A stretch of DNA of 64,000 bases, from the NCBI GenBank assembly GCA_963575745.1, contig CAUYUJ010000237.1:372001-436000 (forward strand), given 5' to 3'. The translations under genes and the position numbers were made by a program. Below the pieces are notes generated by a model. The model made no database searches, was not told the origin of the DNA, and was given only the letters and a program-made list of their open reading frames with translations. Each line of letters opens with the position of its first letter. The first letter of the stretch is position 1. Positions 39,662 to 52,550 of the stretch are shown in pieces. This DNA is from Prorocentrum cordatum. Its lineage: Eukaryota.

Positions 39662-41960
39662 GCTGTTGTTGTTGTTGTTGAAGATTATTACTTCTAAAGA
39701 ATAATTATTGTGGGGGCCCCTGGTGCATGGCCCCCCCGCCGCGCCTAGGCCGCAGCCACGTTTTCATCATTTTCGTGAGGAAGTCTCAGGTAAAACGATG
39801 TGTACCAGATCCGGTTGTGTTGTTACGATCGGTTTTCCCTTGCAAAAAATAAGCTAAAGTGGACATTTCTTGTTCTAACATAACCAAACTTCAAGAATCC
39901 CTTGCAAAAAATAAGGTAAAGTGGACATTCGCGCGCGCAAGACGAAATCCTTCCAAAACCTTAGTTTTCGTAGCGATTTTAACATAAAAACATCAAAAAA
40001 CCAATGGTTTTTCAAAAAAAATGTCAAAATTTCATCCCGCGCGCTCTTGCGGATTCGTAGGAAACCCAACACTTTTTAAACATTTCTGTCAAACGGGCTT
40101 TTGCGAGCAACTTTTTCGAACTTCTGCAACAACGGTTGCGCACCTGCCAGGGCCATCATCCCTGTCAAATAATACCATGCGGGACACATTCGTTTTTTCT
40201 TCGCGCGCGCACGCCGTCGTCGTCGGCCGCGGGGCCCTGAATAGTAGCCACGGTCGTCCGCATGCCACGAAGTGAAGTGTCCGAACGTCATAGGGCGGGA
40301 AGCTGGGTGTGGGTGGTGGCGAAGAGTCGTTTGGAAATTTGGTAGAGCTTGAACCGGCCCCCCCACAAAGTGGGGGCATTGCCCGCCTCCTATGAAAACC
40401 CTGGCACTGGTGAGAACGGAGTGTCCCCACGTGCTAGTAATTGTTGTTGTTGTTGTTGCTGTTGCTGTTGCTGTTGTTGTTGTTGTTGTTGTTGTTTTTG
40501 TTTTTGTTGTTGTGTTTGTTTTGTGTTTGTTTTTGTTGTTGAATTTTCATGTCTGAAGAAGTAATTGTTTAATCGCTTCGTTCATTCCTCTGGCCTTGGA
40601 GCGCTATTTGGAGCGTTTTGGGGCCGCCTTGGGGGCTTCTTGGGGGCGTCTTGGGGCTCCTTGGCGGCGTATTGGGCCCCCCTGGGGCCTCTTGGGGGGC
40701 TCTTGGGGGCCCCTTGGGGCGGGAGGGGGGGTAGTCGATTGCAGCCCCCCCCTCGGGGGCCACGATCCTCGTGAGTGGTGGCGAAAAATAGCCTCCCCCT
40801 TAGGGATCGCCCGGGACCCGGCCGGGACCCGGCCGGGGATCGGCCGAGGTATTTTTCGTCCGGGGCCCCCCAGGGGCCGCCCCGCGCGCGCGAACTAGAA
40901 ATATTGTTAAGCAGTCGCTGGGGATTTTAGCACGCCTCTGGCCCGTTGCGCAGGCGAATTGTTGATTGAATTTTCATGTATGAAGAATTCATTATTGTTG
41001 ATCCCCTCTCACCGGTGCAAATTGTTTTTTCTCAGTCAAAGTATGCCCCTCGACGCTCGCACCCTGTTTCGCTGTCTCGTGTCAGGGAAAGTCTTTCTGG
41101 TCAAACTATGCCGTTGGCCCCCCAGACTACAGCAACAACGGTTCCCGCTTGAAACTTCCTCCAAATTTTCTCTGGACCCCCCCTCCCGTTTTTGAGATTT
41201 CTTTCCAATTTAAGCAGGAACGGCGCTCCCGGTTGAGACTTCCTCAGAATTTAGTCTGGGTCAAGCTGCGTTGTTGCCCCCCCCCCGGATTACAACATTC
41301 CTCTTAGGTTTTCCTCCAACTTTACTCAGGACCCCCGCTCCCGCCTGAGACTTCCTCGCAATATACTCAGGATCGGCGCGCCCGCTTGTGACTTCCTCGC
41401 AATTTAGTGAGGGCCCCCCCTCCCGTTTCTGGGGCTTCCTTACAATTCACTCAAGAACGGCGCTCCCGCTTAAGATTTCTTTGCGCTTTAGTCTAGACCC
41501 CCGCTCCCGCCAGACATCCCCTTTTCAGGAATTGCGCTTTCGCTTGCGATTTTGTTCGCAGCCGAGGCCCCGCATTCGCTTCCAACGTGTCGCCGAGCAG
41601 CACCAGAGGTGTTACATGGCGCTGATTATGGCGCGACCCATGGCGAAACCTTTGTTAACCTGTATTGGAATGGCTGGCGTAAGCCATGGCGCAAGGTGAA
41701 TCGCAACTCGCGGCACAATTCATCGTCGTCCCTCCTTCTTGCCCCTGTAATCATTATTTTCCTCCGATCCCTTCGTCATCTCTTTTGTCTTTTCCCTTTT
41801 CGTTTCCCTGTTTAGAGGCTTCTCCAATTACACGTAGCCAGGAAGGAATATAACCCCCAAGAGGGGGCACGATTGAAGACGAAGAAGGCGGGTATCCAGG
41901 GTTTGGGATATGCATAGTGCATGACACGGGGGCCGGTAGGAATTATTGTTCTTGCTGTTG
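34569..41960 (+). repeat. Array of two module types (P ~730 bp; Q ~0.9-1.3 kb with a 41-bp subrepeat) separated by (TTG)n
   Basis: P: 34600-35470 (5'-truncated), 38890-39620, 39712-40438. Q: 35540-36440, 36465-37740, 37920-38845, 41000-41940. The 41-bp unit ctcccgcctgagacttcctcgcaatttactcaggacccccg is clear at 38053-38450. Confidence 0.88.
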
Positions 41961-42009
41961 GTTGACACGTGATTTTGTTGCCCGCCCCCCCCCCCCCCCC
42001 CGGCAACCA

Positions 42010-43220
42010 GCAACCGAAGGTTCATGTCGGCACACCCCTCTGGAGGGTCGTGGCCTTGGCTTCCCAGGGAGTTCCACCGAAGGTTCATGTCAGTACACCA
42101 CCGAATGTTCATTTCGGCACACCCCTGTCGAGGATCGTGGCCGTGGCCCGACAGGCTGCCCCACCGAGGGTTCATTTCGGCACGCCCCTGTCGAGGATCG
42201 TGGCCCTGGCCCTACAGGGAGCTCCGCCGTAGGTTCATTTCAGCACACCCCTCTCGAGGATCGTGGCCTTGGCCCCACAAGGAGCTCCACCGAAGGTTCA
42301 TTTCGGCACGCCCCTCCCGAGGATCGTGGCCCTGGCCTCACAGAGAGATCCTCCGAATTTGCATTTCGGCACAAACCTCAAAGAGGATCGTGGCCGTGGG
42401 CTCCACCGAATCGTCATTTCGGCACACCCCTCTCAAGGATCGTGGCCTTGGCCCTACCAGGGGCTCCGCCGAAGGTTCATTTCGGCACACCCCTCTCGAG
42501 GATCGCGGCCCTCGCCGCACAGGGAGCTCCACCAAAAGTTCATTTCGGCACACCCCTCCTGCGGATCGTGGCCCTGGTCCCACAGGGAGCTCCACACCCC
42601 TCTCGAGGATGCGTGCCCTGGCCCCGCAGGGAGCTCCACCAAAGTTTTATTTCAGCACACCCCTCTCGAAGATGGTGGCTCGGCTTCACAGGGGGCTCCA
42701 CCGAAACATCGTTTCGGCACACCCCTCTCACGGATCGTGGCCCTGGCCCCATTGGGAGCTCAATCGGAGGTTCATTTCGGCACGCACCTCTCGAGGATCG
42801 TGGCCTTGACCCTACAGGGAACTCCACCGAAGCTTTATTTCGGTGCACCTTTCTCGAGGACCGTGGCCCTGGCCCCGCAGGGAGCTCCACCAAAGTTTTA
42901 TTTCAGCACACCCCTCTCGAAGATGGTGGCTCGGCTTCACAGGGGGCTCCACCGAAACATCGTTTCGGCACACCCCTCTCACGGATCGTGGCCCTGGCCC
43001 CATTGGGAGCTCAATCGGAGGTTCATTTCGGCACGCACCTCTCGAGGATCGTGGCCTTGACCCTACAGGGAACTCCACCGAAGCTTTATTTCGGTGCACC
43101 TTTCTCGAGGACCGTGGCCCTGGCCCCACAGGGAGCTCCACCGAATATTCATTTCAGCACACCCCTCCTGCCGATCGTGGCCCTGGTCGCCACTGGGAGC
43201 TCCACACACCTCTCGAGGAT
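42010..43220 (+). repeat. ~63-bp minisatellite with a 251-bp higher-order duplication
   Basis: Unit gagctccaccgaaggttcatttcggcacacccctctcgaggatcgtggccctggccccacagg. 42621-42871 is repeated from 42872. Confidence 0.93.
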
Positions 43221-44215
43221 CGCATGGGATGCCGATGCAATCCTTATATGCTCCTATAGGATCGCATAGGATTCCTCGACCATCCCCATACGATTCCTAT
43301 AGGATCGCATGGGGTTCCTATACTATATGTTTACGATTCCCATTGGACCCTATAGGATCGCATGGCACTCCTATACGATCCTTATATTGTATACGATTCC
43401 GATTTGACCCTATAGGATCGCATGGGATCACTCTAAAATCCCCATACGATTCCTAACTGATCCCGTAGGACGCCTATAGGATCCTTTAAAGTCGCATGGG
43501 GACCCGATGCGCTCCCTATACTATTCATATAATGCCAAATCGGAACGCATGGGATTCCTATATACAATCCCTACACGATTCGTATACGATCCTTCATAAT
43601 CGCTTGGGAATCGTATATGATCATTATAGGATCCGAGAGGATCGCTTGGGATTCGCATGCAATCCCTCCAGGGTCCCTATAGGGTCCTAAAGGATCGCAT
43701 GGGATTCGTATACCATCCCTATACGATTCTTACAGGATCCGACAGGGTCCCATGGGATTCCTATACAATCCCTATACGATTCTTAATTGATTCTATAGGA
43801 TCGCATGGGATCCTTGCACAATCCCCAAAGGATCCCTATAGGATCCGTTCGGATCGCACAGGTTCCCTGTAGGACCCTATCGGATCGCATGGGATTCGTA
43901 AACAATCCCTACACGATTCGTATAGGACCCCATAGGATCGCAAGGGATTCCTATACAATCCCTAAACGACCCTCATCGTATCCGACACGGCCACATGGGA
44001 TTCCTATACAATCCCTGTACGATTCCTATTGGATCCTACAGGATCGCATGGGATCCGTACATAAACCCCACAGGATCCCTGAGGTTCCCTACAGGATCCT
44101 ATATGATCGAATCGGACCCCTATAGGATCCTTATAGGATCCCTGTAGGATCCTTCCAGGATCCTTGGAGGTTCCCTATAGGATCCTTGAAGGCTCCCTAT
44201 AGGATTTTACAGGAT
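43217..44215. repeat. Degenerate ATAGGATCGC/ATGGGATTCC/CCTATAGG repeat
   Basis: Recurring ~10-11-bp motifs rich in short palindromes. Confidence 0.88.
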
Positions 44216-44449
44216 CATGTGGGAGCCGATGGATTCCCGAGCTTCGCTGGTGCAGACATGGACACATTGCATCAAAGAAGAGTTCACACCCTTGGCAAGC
44301 GAAGTTACAGCGGAGCGAGAAATGGAGCCCAAGATTGTTGGCTGCTGGTTGCCAGGGGGGGCATACCCCCGGGCAGCAAAATCACGGGTCGTCCTTTAAG
44401 GGCAAGCGTTGACAAAGTTTCTGGGTGAACGGGCCAGAAGAGCACGTGT

Positions 44450-47389
44450 CAACCTTGTTGATGTTGTTGTTGCTGTTGTTGTTGTTGGTGGTGGTGGTGT
44501 TGTTGTTGTAGTAGTAGTTGTTGTTTTGTTGTTGCTTATGCTTATGTTGTTGTACTCTCATGTCTGAAGCATCATTATTGTTGATCCCCCCGTCCGGTGC
44601 ATATTTTTTTTCGATTGAAATGCTTTTCCTGGGGCTCGCACCTTGTTTTTTCATCAGAGAAAGTCTTGAGGGTCAGACTGTGTCGTTGGCCCCCGGGTTA
44701 TAACAACAACGGTTCCCGCCTGAGACTTTTTCATAGTTTGGCCAGGACCCCCGCTCCCGCTGGAGACTTCCTCGCATTTTATTTAGGAATCGCGCTCTCG
44801 CTTGGCACTTCCTTACAATGTATTCAGGAATCGCTCTCCCGGCGCTCTGGAGTCGCACTCTCGCTGGAGAATTGCTTGCGTTCTATTGAAGAATAGCGCC
44901 CCTGCGTTGTTCTTTTTCTTTCCCAATTTGCTCCAACGCCGCGCTCCCGACACCCAGACACCCAGGAGTCGCGCCCGTTGTGGCCCCGGTGCCCTTCGTG
45001 ACCCCGCTGTCGCCGTTTGTGGCCCCCTCACTGTCCTACGTGGCCCAGTTGCTACCCTCAGTAGCCCCATCTTTGCTTTTTGTGGCCCCGCATTATCTGC
45101 CCTTTGTGGTCGCTGCTCGCTCGCGCTCTTCGTGGCCCCATACGCATTCCCTCCGTGTCCCCGCAGTCGCCCATCGTGGCCTACTTCGTGTCCTTCGTGG
45201 CTCTGCTGTCGTTCTCTGTCGCTCTCGCTTTCGCTCATCGTCGTCTCCGTCTTCGTCGACGTCGTCGTCGTCGTCGTTGTCGTCGGTCCCCTGTTCGTCC
45301 CTTTTAGGGTCGGGTCGACGGTCCGCGGCCGCCCCGCCGATCAGCGCTGCCGCTGGCCAGGCCGACGGTCCGCGGCCGCCTCGGCGCTCGCCGGGACCCG
45401 GCCTGCAGGGAAAAAAATTACACCCCTCAAAGGGGGCTCGATAGACGACGAAGAGGGCGAGTATCTAAGATTTGGGAAATACGCGTTACTGGACACTCGA
45501 ACAGATAGGGGCGAACAGTTTGGAAATGATTGTTGTTGTTGATTTTTCATTTCTGACGAATCATTATTGTTGATCCCCCCCACCGGTGCATTCTGTTTTT
45601 TCTCAATCAAAGTGTGCCCCTCGACGCTCGCATCCTGTTTTTTGACGACAAGTCTTGATGTTCAAACGGTGTCGCTGGCCCCCGGGTTACAGCAACAACG
45701 GTTCCCGCTTGAGACGTCCTTATAATTTAGCCAGGACCCCCGCTCCCGCCCGAAAATCCCTCGCATGTTATTCAGGAGTCGCGCTCTCGCTTGGGACTTC
45801 CTTTAAATTTATTCAGGAATCGCTCTCCCGGCGCTCTGGAGTCGCGCTCTCGCTGGAGACTTGCTTGCAACTTACTGAAGAAACCCTGCGTTGGAATTTC
45901 CTGCAATTTGCCCAAGCGCCGCGCTCCCGACACCCAGGCACCCAGGAGTCGCGCCCGTTGTGGCCCCATGTGCATGCCCTTCGTGGCCCCGCTGTTGCCA
46001 TTTGTGGCCCCCTCACTGTCCTACGTGGCCCAGTTGCTACCCTCAGTGGCCCCATCGTTGCCTGCTGTGGCCCCGCATTATCTGCCCTTCGTGGCCACCG
46101 CTCGCTCGCGCTCTTCGTGGTCCCATGCGCATTCCCTTCGTGTCCCCGCTGTCGCCCTTCGTGGCCTACTTCGTGCCCTTCGTGGCCCTGCTGTCGTTCT
46201 CTCTCGCTCTCGCTTTCGCTCGTCGTCGCCGTCTTCGTCGTCGTCGTCGTCTTCGACGTCGTCGTCGTCGTCGTCGTTGTGGTCGGTCCCTTGTCCGTCC
46301 CCCTTGGGGTCGGGTCGACGGTCCGCGGCCGCCCCGCCGATCAGCGCTGTCGCTGGCCAGGCCGACGGTCCGCGGCCGCCCCACCGCTTGCCGGGGCCCG
46401 GCCTGCAGGGAAGAAAGGTATACCCCCCAAAAGGGGTTCGATCGAAGACGAAAAGGGCGGGTATCGAGGGTTTGGGCAATACGCGCTATTGGACACTCGA
46501 GCATTTAAGGGCGACCAGTCTCACCATTATGTTTGTTGTTGGTGGTGTTGCTGTTGTTGTTGTTGCTGTTGTTGCTGTTGCTGGTGCTGTTGATGTTGCT
46601 GTTGTTGGTGCTGTTGAACATTATTTCTTCTTAAGAATAAGTATTGTTGGGGCCCCTGGTGCACGACCCCCCTGCCGCGCCTAGGCCGCAGCCTCATTTT
46701 CATCATTTTCGTGAGGAAGTCTCAGGCAAAACGGGGGAGTCCGGATCCGGTTGTGTTGTTACGATCGGTTTCCCTTGCAAAAAAAAAGCTAAAGTGGACA
46801 TTTCTTGTTCTAACATAACCAAACTTCAAGAATCCCTTGCAAAAAATAAGGTAGAGTGGACATTCGCGCGCGCAAGACGAAATCCTTCCAAAACCTTAGT
46901 TTTCGTAGCGATTTTAACATAAAAACATTTTTTTTTTAAAAAAAGCAATTGTTTTTCAAAAACAAATTGTCAAAAATTCATCCCGCGCGCTCTTGCGGAT
47001 TTGTAGGAAACCCAACACTTTTTAATCATTTCTGTCAAAAGGGCTTTTGCGAGCAACTTTTTCGAACTTCTGCAACAACGGTTGCGCACCTGCCAGGGCC
47101 ATCATCCCTGTCAAATAATACCATGCGGGACACATTCGTTTTTTCTTCGCGCGCGCACGCCGTCGTCGTCGGCCGCGGGGCCCTGAATAGTAGCCACGGT
47201 CGTCCGCATGCCACGAAGTGAAGTGTCCGAACGTCATAGGGCGGGAAGCTGGGTGTGGGTGGTGGCGAAGAGTCGTTTGGAAATTTGGTAGAGCTTGAAC
47301 CGGCCCCCCCACAAAGTGGGGGTATTGCCCGCCTCCTATGAAAACCCTGGCACTGGTGAGAACGGTGTGTCCCCACGTGCTAGTAAGTG

Positions 47390-47421
<32 letters not shown>

Positions 47422-47465
47422 GGTGGTGGTGGTGGTGGTGTTGTTGCTGTTGCTGTTGCTGTTGG

Positions 47466-47549
<84 letters not shown>

Positions 47550-47585
47550 GGTTGTTGTTGTTGTTGTTATTGTTGTTGCTCGTTG
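44450..47585 (+). repeat. Further Q (44583-45530, 45572-46520) and P (46648-47384) modules with (TTG)n spacers
   Basis: Homologous to the modules in 34569-41960. Confidence 0.88.
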
Positions 47586-47593
47586 TCGTCGTC

Positions 47594-48046
47594 CCACCCG
47601 CGACCCACCCGTGACCCGCCGCGCGACCCACCCCGCGACGACCCCCGCGACGACCCACCCCGCGACCCACCACGCGACCTACCCCGCGACCCACCCGCGA
47701 CTCTTCCGCGACCCACCCCGCTACCCATCCGCGGCCCATCTGCGACCCACCCACGACTCACCCTGCGACCCACCCCGCGACCCACCCGCGACCCACCCCG
47801 CGGACCATCCGCGACCCATCCGCGACCCACCTGCGACCCACCCCGCGACCCACCCCGCGACCCACCCCGCGACCCACCCCGCGACCCAACCCGCGACCCA
47901 CCCGCGACCCGCGACCCACCCGCGACCCACCCTGCGACCCTTCCGCGGCCCACCTCGCGACCCATCCGCGACCCACCCGCGACCCCCCCTGCGACCCACC
48001 CTGCGACTCACTCTGCGACCCACCCGCGACCCACCCCACGACCCAC
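47594..48046. repeat. (CCCACCCGCGA)n 11/12-bp satellite
   Basis: Directly visible. Confidence 0.93.
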
Positions 48047-48825
48047 CTTCAAGGGAAGAAAAAAACACTTGGACCCGACAATTGACGTTTACTAAACGGC
48101 CCTGGGCGTTTACTAAACAACCCTGGCCTGTTCGGTCCATTCCTTGTGTGCGTTTACTAAATGGCTTCGCTTGTCGGGGTGATTATTATGGGTGGATTTT
48201 CTCCTTCTACACCCGCGACCCACCCGCGACCCAACAGCGATACACCCGGGTGCCATCTTGGAGAGTCGGGAAGCCGAAACCGCAGAAACGCTATACTATT
48301 TCAAACGCCAACAGACATTCAATACAATTTGCCTCTTGGGAGTGCTCTTGGAGGCCTCTTGTGGCGTCTTGGAGTCGTCTTGGGCCGTCTGGAGGCCACC
48401 TTAGGCGTCTTGGGCCCCTCTTGGGCACATCGTGGGCCCCTCGCAGGCCCCTCTTGGAGCACCTTGGACCTGACCTGCCGAAGGCGGATCAAATTTGCTC
48501 GAAGCTCAAAGGCGGCCCGAACAGGGAAGGGGGACTGCATTTTGACCCAAGACCCCCACCCCCAGGACCCCCCCCTGGTGGGGAAGGGATCAAATGGAAG
48601 GGGCTTTCCTTCGACTCAGTTACGATTTCGAGACCTTGATTGCGACCTGATTCGATTCACCTCGAGTTGACGAGCTTGGCGCGCCAAAGAGGGTATCGGG
48701 AGAGGTTCTTGGAATGGGACAGAACATTGAATGAAAGATCGTTCGCTACCTTGCACGTGTGTAGACCAAGTTATGCCGAGAGCTGGCGCAGACAGGCAGG
48801 GGGCCGGTGCACACGCCGGCCGCTG

Positions 48826-49035
48826 CGGGCGCGGTGGCGGATCATCGCGGACTCCACCTACTCCTTCTGGGCCGCCCTCCTGGCCCCAAACACCCCGATG
48901 GTGATCAGCCCCAACGTGGTCAAGCCAGAGCGCATCGCCAGGCGTGGCGACTACTCGTACCTGGAGTCGGAGCTCTACGGCTGGTGGCCCGTCAATGCCT
49001 CCATTGGCGACCACACCAGCATGGCCGTCCAGAAG
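48826..49035 (+). CDS. Probable host exon, glycosyltransferase family 11 (alpha-1,2-fucosyltransferase)-like
   Basis: RIIADSTYSFWAALL resembles the GT11 C-terminal motif IIANSTFSWWAAWL. Very high GC3. Ends AAG|gc at 49035 (phase 0). The 5' boundary is uncertain. Confidence 0.65.
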
Positions 49036-49044
49036 GCTACATCT

Positions 49045-51455
49045 CGTTTTTCCCCAACCATCCTGTGTTGGGTCCTCGTTTTGAAGCGACAGCGCCCCAC
49101 GTCTCCTCTCCTCCTCTCCTCTCCTTCCTGCTCCTCCTCCTCCTTCTCCTTCTCCTCCTCGTCCTCCTCGCCCACCGCATAGCCATTTCGGTACACCCCT
49201 CACACGCTTCGTGGGCCCATAGGGGGCTCCACCGAAGGCCCCAGTGGCACAGTTCACATGCGTCCACCCCGCCCACTGCATGCCCATTTCGGCACACCCC
49301 TCACACGGTTCGTGGCCCCATAGGGAGCTCCACCCAAGGCCCCAGTGGCACAGTTCACATGCGTCCACCCCGCCCACCGCATGCCCATTTCGGCACACAC
49401 CTCACACGGGTCGGGGCCCCAGAGGGAGCTCCACCCAAGGCCCCAGTGGCATAGTTCACATGCGTCCACCCCTCCCACCGCATGCCCATGTCGGCACACC
49501 CCTCACACGGTTCGTGACCCCATCGGGAGCTCCACCCAAGGCCCCATTGGCACAGTTCAGATGCGTCCACCCCGCCCACCGCATGCCCATTTCAATTTCG
49601 GCACACCTTTCAAACTGTTCGTAGGGAGCTCCACCCAAGGCCGCAGTGGCATGGTTCAAATACGTCCAACCCGCCCACCGCGTGTCCATTTCGGCACATC
49701 TCTCACACGGTTCGTGGCCCCATAGGGAGTTCCACCGAAGGCCCCAGTGGCACAGTTCACATGCTCCTCCCCGCCCACCGCATGTACAGTTCACATGCGT
49801 CCACCCCGCCCACCGCATGCCCACATCGGCACACCCCTCACACGGGTCGGGGCCCCAGAGGGAGCTCCACCCAAGGCCTCAGTGACACAGTTCACATGCG
49901 TCCACCCCGCCCACCGCATGCCCATGTCGGCACACCCCTCACACGGTTCGTGGCCCCATAGGGGGCTTCACCCAAGGCCCCAGTGGCACAGTTCACATGT
50001 TCTTCCTTTCCCACCGCATGCGAATTTCGGCACATCCGTCACACGAAGCTCCACCGATGGCTCCAGGCTTTTCCCCGCCCACCGCATGCCCATTTCGGCT
50101 GGCACACACCTCGCATGGTTCGTGGTCTCGTAGGGAGCTCCACCGAATGCCCCAGTGGCACAGTTCACAGGTTCTTTCCCGCCCACCGCATGCCTATTTC
50201 GGCACACCCCTCACACGTTCCGCGGCCCCACAGGGAGCCCCGCCGAAGGCCCAAATGCCAGCGTTCGCATGCGGCCACCGCACCCATTTCGGCACACTCT
50301 TCACACGTTTCGCGGCTCCATTGGGAGCCCCACCGAAGGCCTAAATGCCAGTGTTCGCATGCGGCCACCGCACCCCTTTTGGCACACCCTCACACGTTTC
50401 GTGGCCTCACAGGGAGCCCTACCGAAGGCCCAATTGGCAGCGCTCGCATGCGCCCACCGCACCCATTTTGGCACACCCCTCACACGTTTCGCGGCTCCAT
50501 TGGGAGCCCCACCGAAGGCCCACATGCCAGTGTTCGCATGCGGCCATCGCACCCCTCTTGGCACACCCTCACACGTTTCGCGGCCCACAGGGAGCCCCAC
50601 CGAAGGTCCACATGCCAGCGTTCGCATGCACCCACCGCACCCATTGTGGCACACCTCACAGGTTTGGTGGCCCCATAGGAAGCTCCACCGAATGCGGTGC
50701 ATACAACGACGGTACTCACAACTGCATATGGTTTGGTCCTTGGCCAGTCTAATTCCCAACCGTCCTGTGGTGTTGGGTCCTTGTTTTGAAGAGACAGCGC
50801 CCCGCGCTCCGTCCTTCCTCCTCATCCCCCTCTTCCCGCCTCCCATCCCTGCATCCTCTCTGTTTCGGCACACCCCTCACACGTTTCGTGGCCCCATAAG
50901 GAACTCCTCCGAAGGGCTCAGTGGTGCAGTTCGCATGTGGGCGTCGCGCCCGTTTCGGCAGACCCATTACACGTTTCGGTGCCCCGTAGGGAGCTCCACC
51001 GAAGGTCCCAGTGGTACAGTTCGCATGTGGGCGTCAGCCCGTTTCGGCACACCCTTCACACGATTCGTGGCCCCATAGGGAGTTCCACCAAAGGTCCCAG
51101 TGGTGCAGTTCGCATGTGGGCGTCGCGCCCATTTCGGCACACCCATCACGCGTTTCGTGGCCCCGTAGGGAGCTCCACCGAAGCTCTCAGTTGTACAGTT
51201 CGCATGTGGGCGTCACGCCCGTTTCGGCACACCCCTCACACGATTCGTGGCCCCGTGGGTAGCTCCACCGACGGTCCCATTGCTGCTGTCCGCATATAGG
51301 CGTCACGCCCGTTTCGGCAGACCCCTCGCACGCTTCTTGGCCCTATCGGGAGCCCCGCCGAAGGTCCCAGTGGGAGGGTTCACATGCACCCGCCCACCTC
51401 CCCAAATCGGCACGCCCCTCACACGTTTTGTGGCGCCATAGGGAGTTCCACCGAC
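49045..51455 (+). repeat. ~90-101-bp minisatellite arrays, each preceded by a conserved head (ttcccaaccRtcctgt..gttgggtcct.gttttgaag)
   Basis: Unit ccatttcggcacacccctcacacggttcgtggccccatagggagctccaccgaaggccccagtggcacagttcacatgcg... Heads at ~49048 and ~50752. Confidence 0.92.
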
Positions 51456-51751
51456 AACGATCTTCACAACTCACTCACAACAGCATCTGGTTGGGTCCTT
51501 CGCCAGGCTAATTGTTTTTTGGCCTCCGCAGGGAGGGGGGTGCTCGTCACCGCGGCTGGACGCAGCTCGAAGAACCGCTCAGGACGGGGCCCAGGATGGG
51601 ATCCTGGTCACGTGTCACCCGCAGGGATCGCGAAGGTAGCCGCGCTTCGCGCGCCACGGCCCGGGCCGGGGTGGCGGTGCGAGGGCGCGAAGATGTGCGC
51701 ATTGCAAGCCATGGTGCGAGCTCTTGGCCCAGAGAGGCCCTCGCGGACAAG

Positions 51752-51871
51752 GTGAGCTTCGGCGAGGAGCAGCCGAACGCCGTCCGCATGCTGACCGACG
51801 AGGTGCAGCAGTGGCTGGAGGAGGAGCAGGACTACCGCGCGCAGGTCCAGCAGAGCGAGTGGGCGGCCTGA
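51752..51871 (+). CDS. Probable terminal exon (VSFGEEQPNAVRMLTDEVQQWLEEEQDYRAQVQQSEWAA*)
   Basis: aag|G acceptor, phase 0 compatible with the exon ending at 49035, near-complete GC3, TGA stop. Confidence 0.65.
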   Translation: MSFGEEQPNAVRMLTDEVQQWLEEEQDYRAQVQQSEWAA

Positions 51872-52329
51872 GCGGCCCTGCTCCATTCGCCCTGCCTTCC
51901 GCCCTGCCCTCCCGCCTGCCCTTCCGCCGGCCCTCTCTCTCCCCTCCCTAGCAGTCCCTCGTCCCCTCCCCTCCCCCTCCCCCCTCGTCCCTCATGACGT
52001 TGCCTCCTCGCATTCGCCTTCCATTTCCCCCTCGCATTTCCAGTCCCTCATCATCGCTAACGCCAGTCTCTTTCTGCTCCCCCTCCTCCCCACCTCCCGC
52101 AATTCCGAATCCTTGCCAATGCCGCCGAGTTTCGGAAGCTCCTCGATCCCGCACACGCGTCGAGTCCCACGCTACTGCCAAGACGTTGGTTGACTCTCTG
52201 AGAAAACCCGAAATATTCAGATCAGGCGTGTGTATGTCTTCTGGAACAGGTTTGCCCGATCGATTGCACGCCGTGCTTCGGACGGACACCGTGGCCTCGC
52301 CACCCCTGAAGCTTGAAGGCTCCGTCCGA

Positions 52330-52550
52330 CAATCAGAGAGAGAGAGAGAGACATAACACACGCAAAGAGAGAGAGAGAGAGAGTGATACACAAATAGAGA
52401 TATTGGTATTTGCATACGATAGTTGTACACGTATATACATATACAGAGAGAGAGAGAGAGAAACAAAGAGAAAGAGAGAGGGAGAGGGAGAGAGAGAGGG
52501 AGTAGAGAGAGAGCGAACCAGAACAATGAGAGACATGGACAGAGAGATCA
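52330..52550. repeat. (GA)n-rich tract
   Basis: Directly visible. A (CT)n tract also lies at 37240-37410. Confidence 0.9.

Noticed and set aside
44217..44399. Short ORF as an upstream exon of the GT11-like gene
   Set aside because: Lacks the high GC3 of the other exons and has no recognisable motif.
49175..49192. Relict dinoflagellate spliced leader
   Set aside because: Only tagccattt matches, and it is part of the satellite unit.
41917..51299. Long repetitive ORFs in minisatellites (e.g. 41917-43269, 47338-48639, 50155-51078)
   Set aside because: Stop-poor tandem repeats that are open in several frames.
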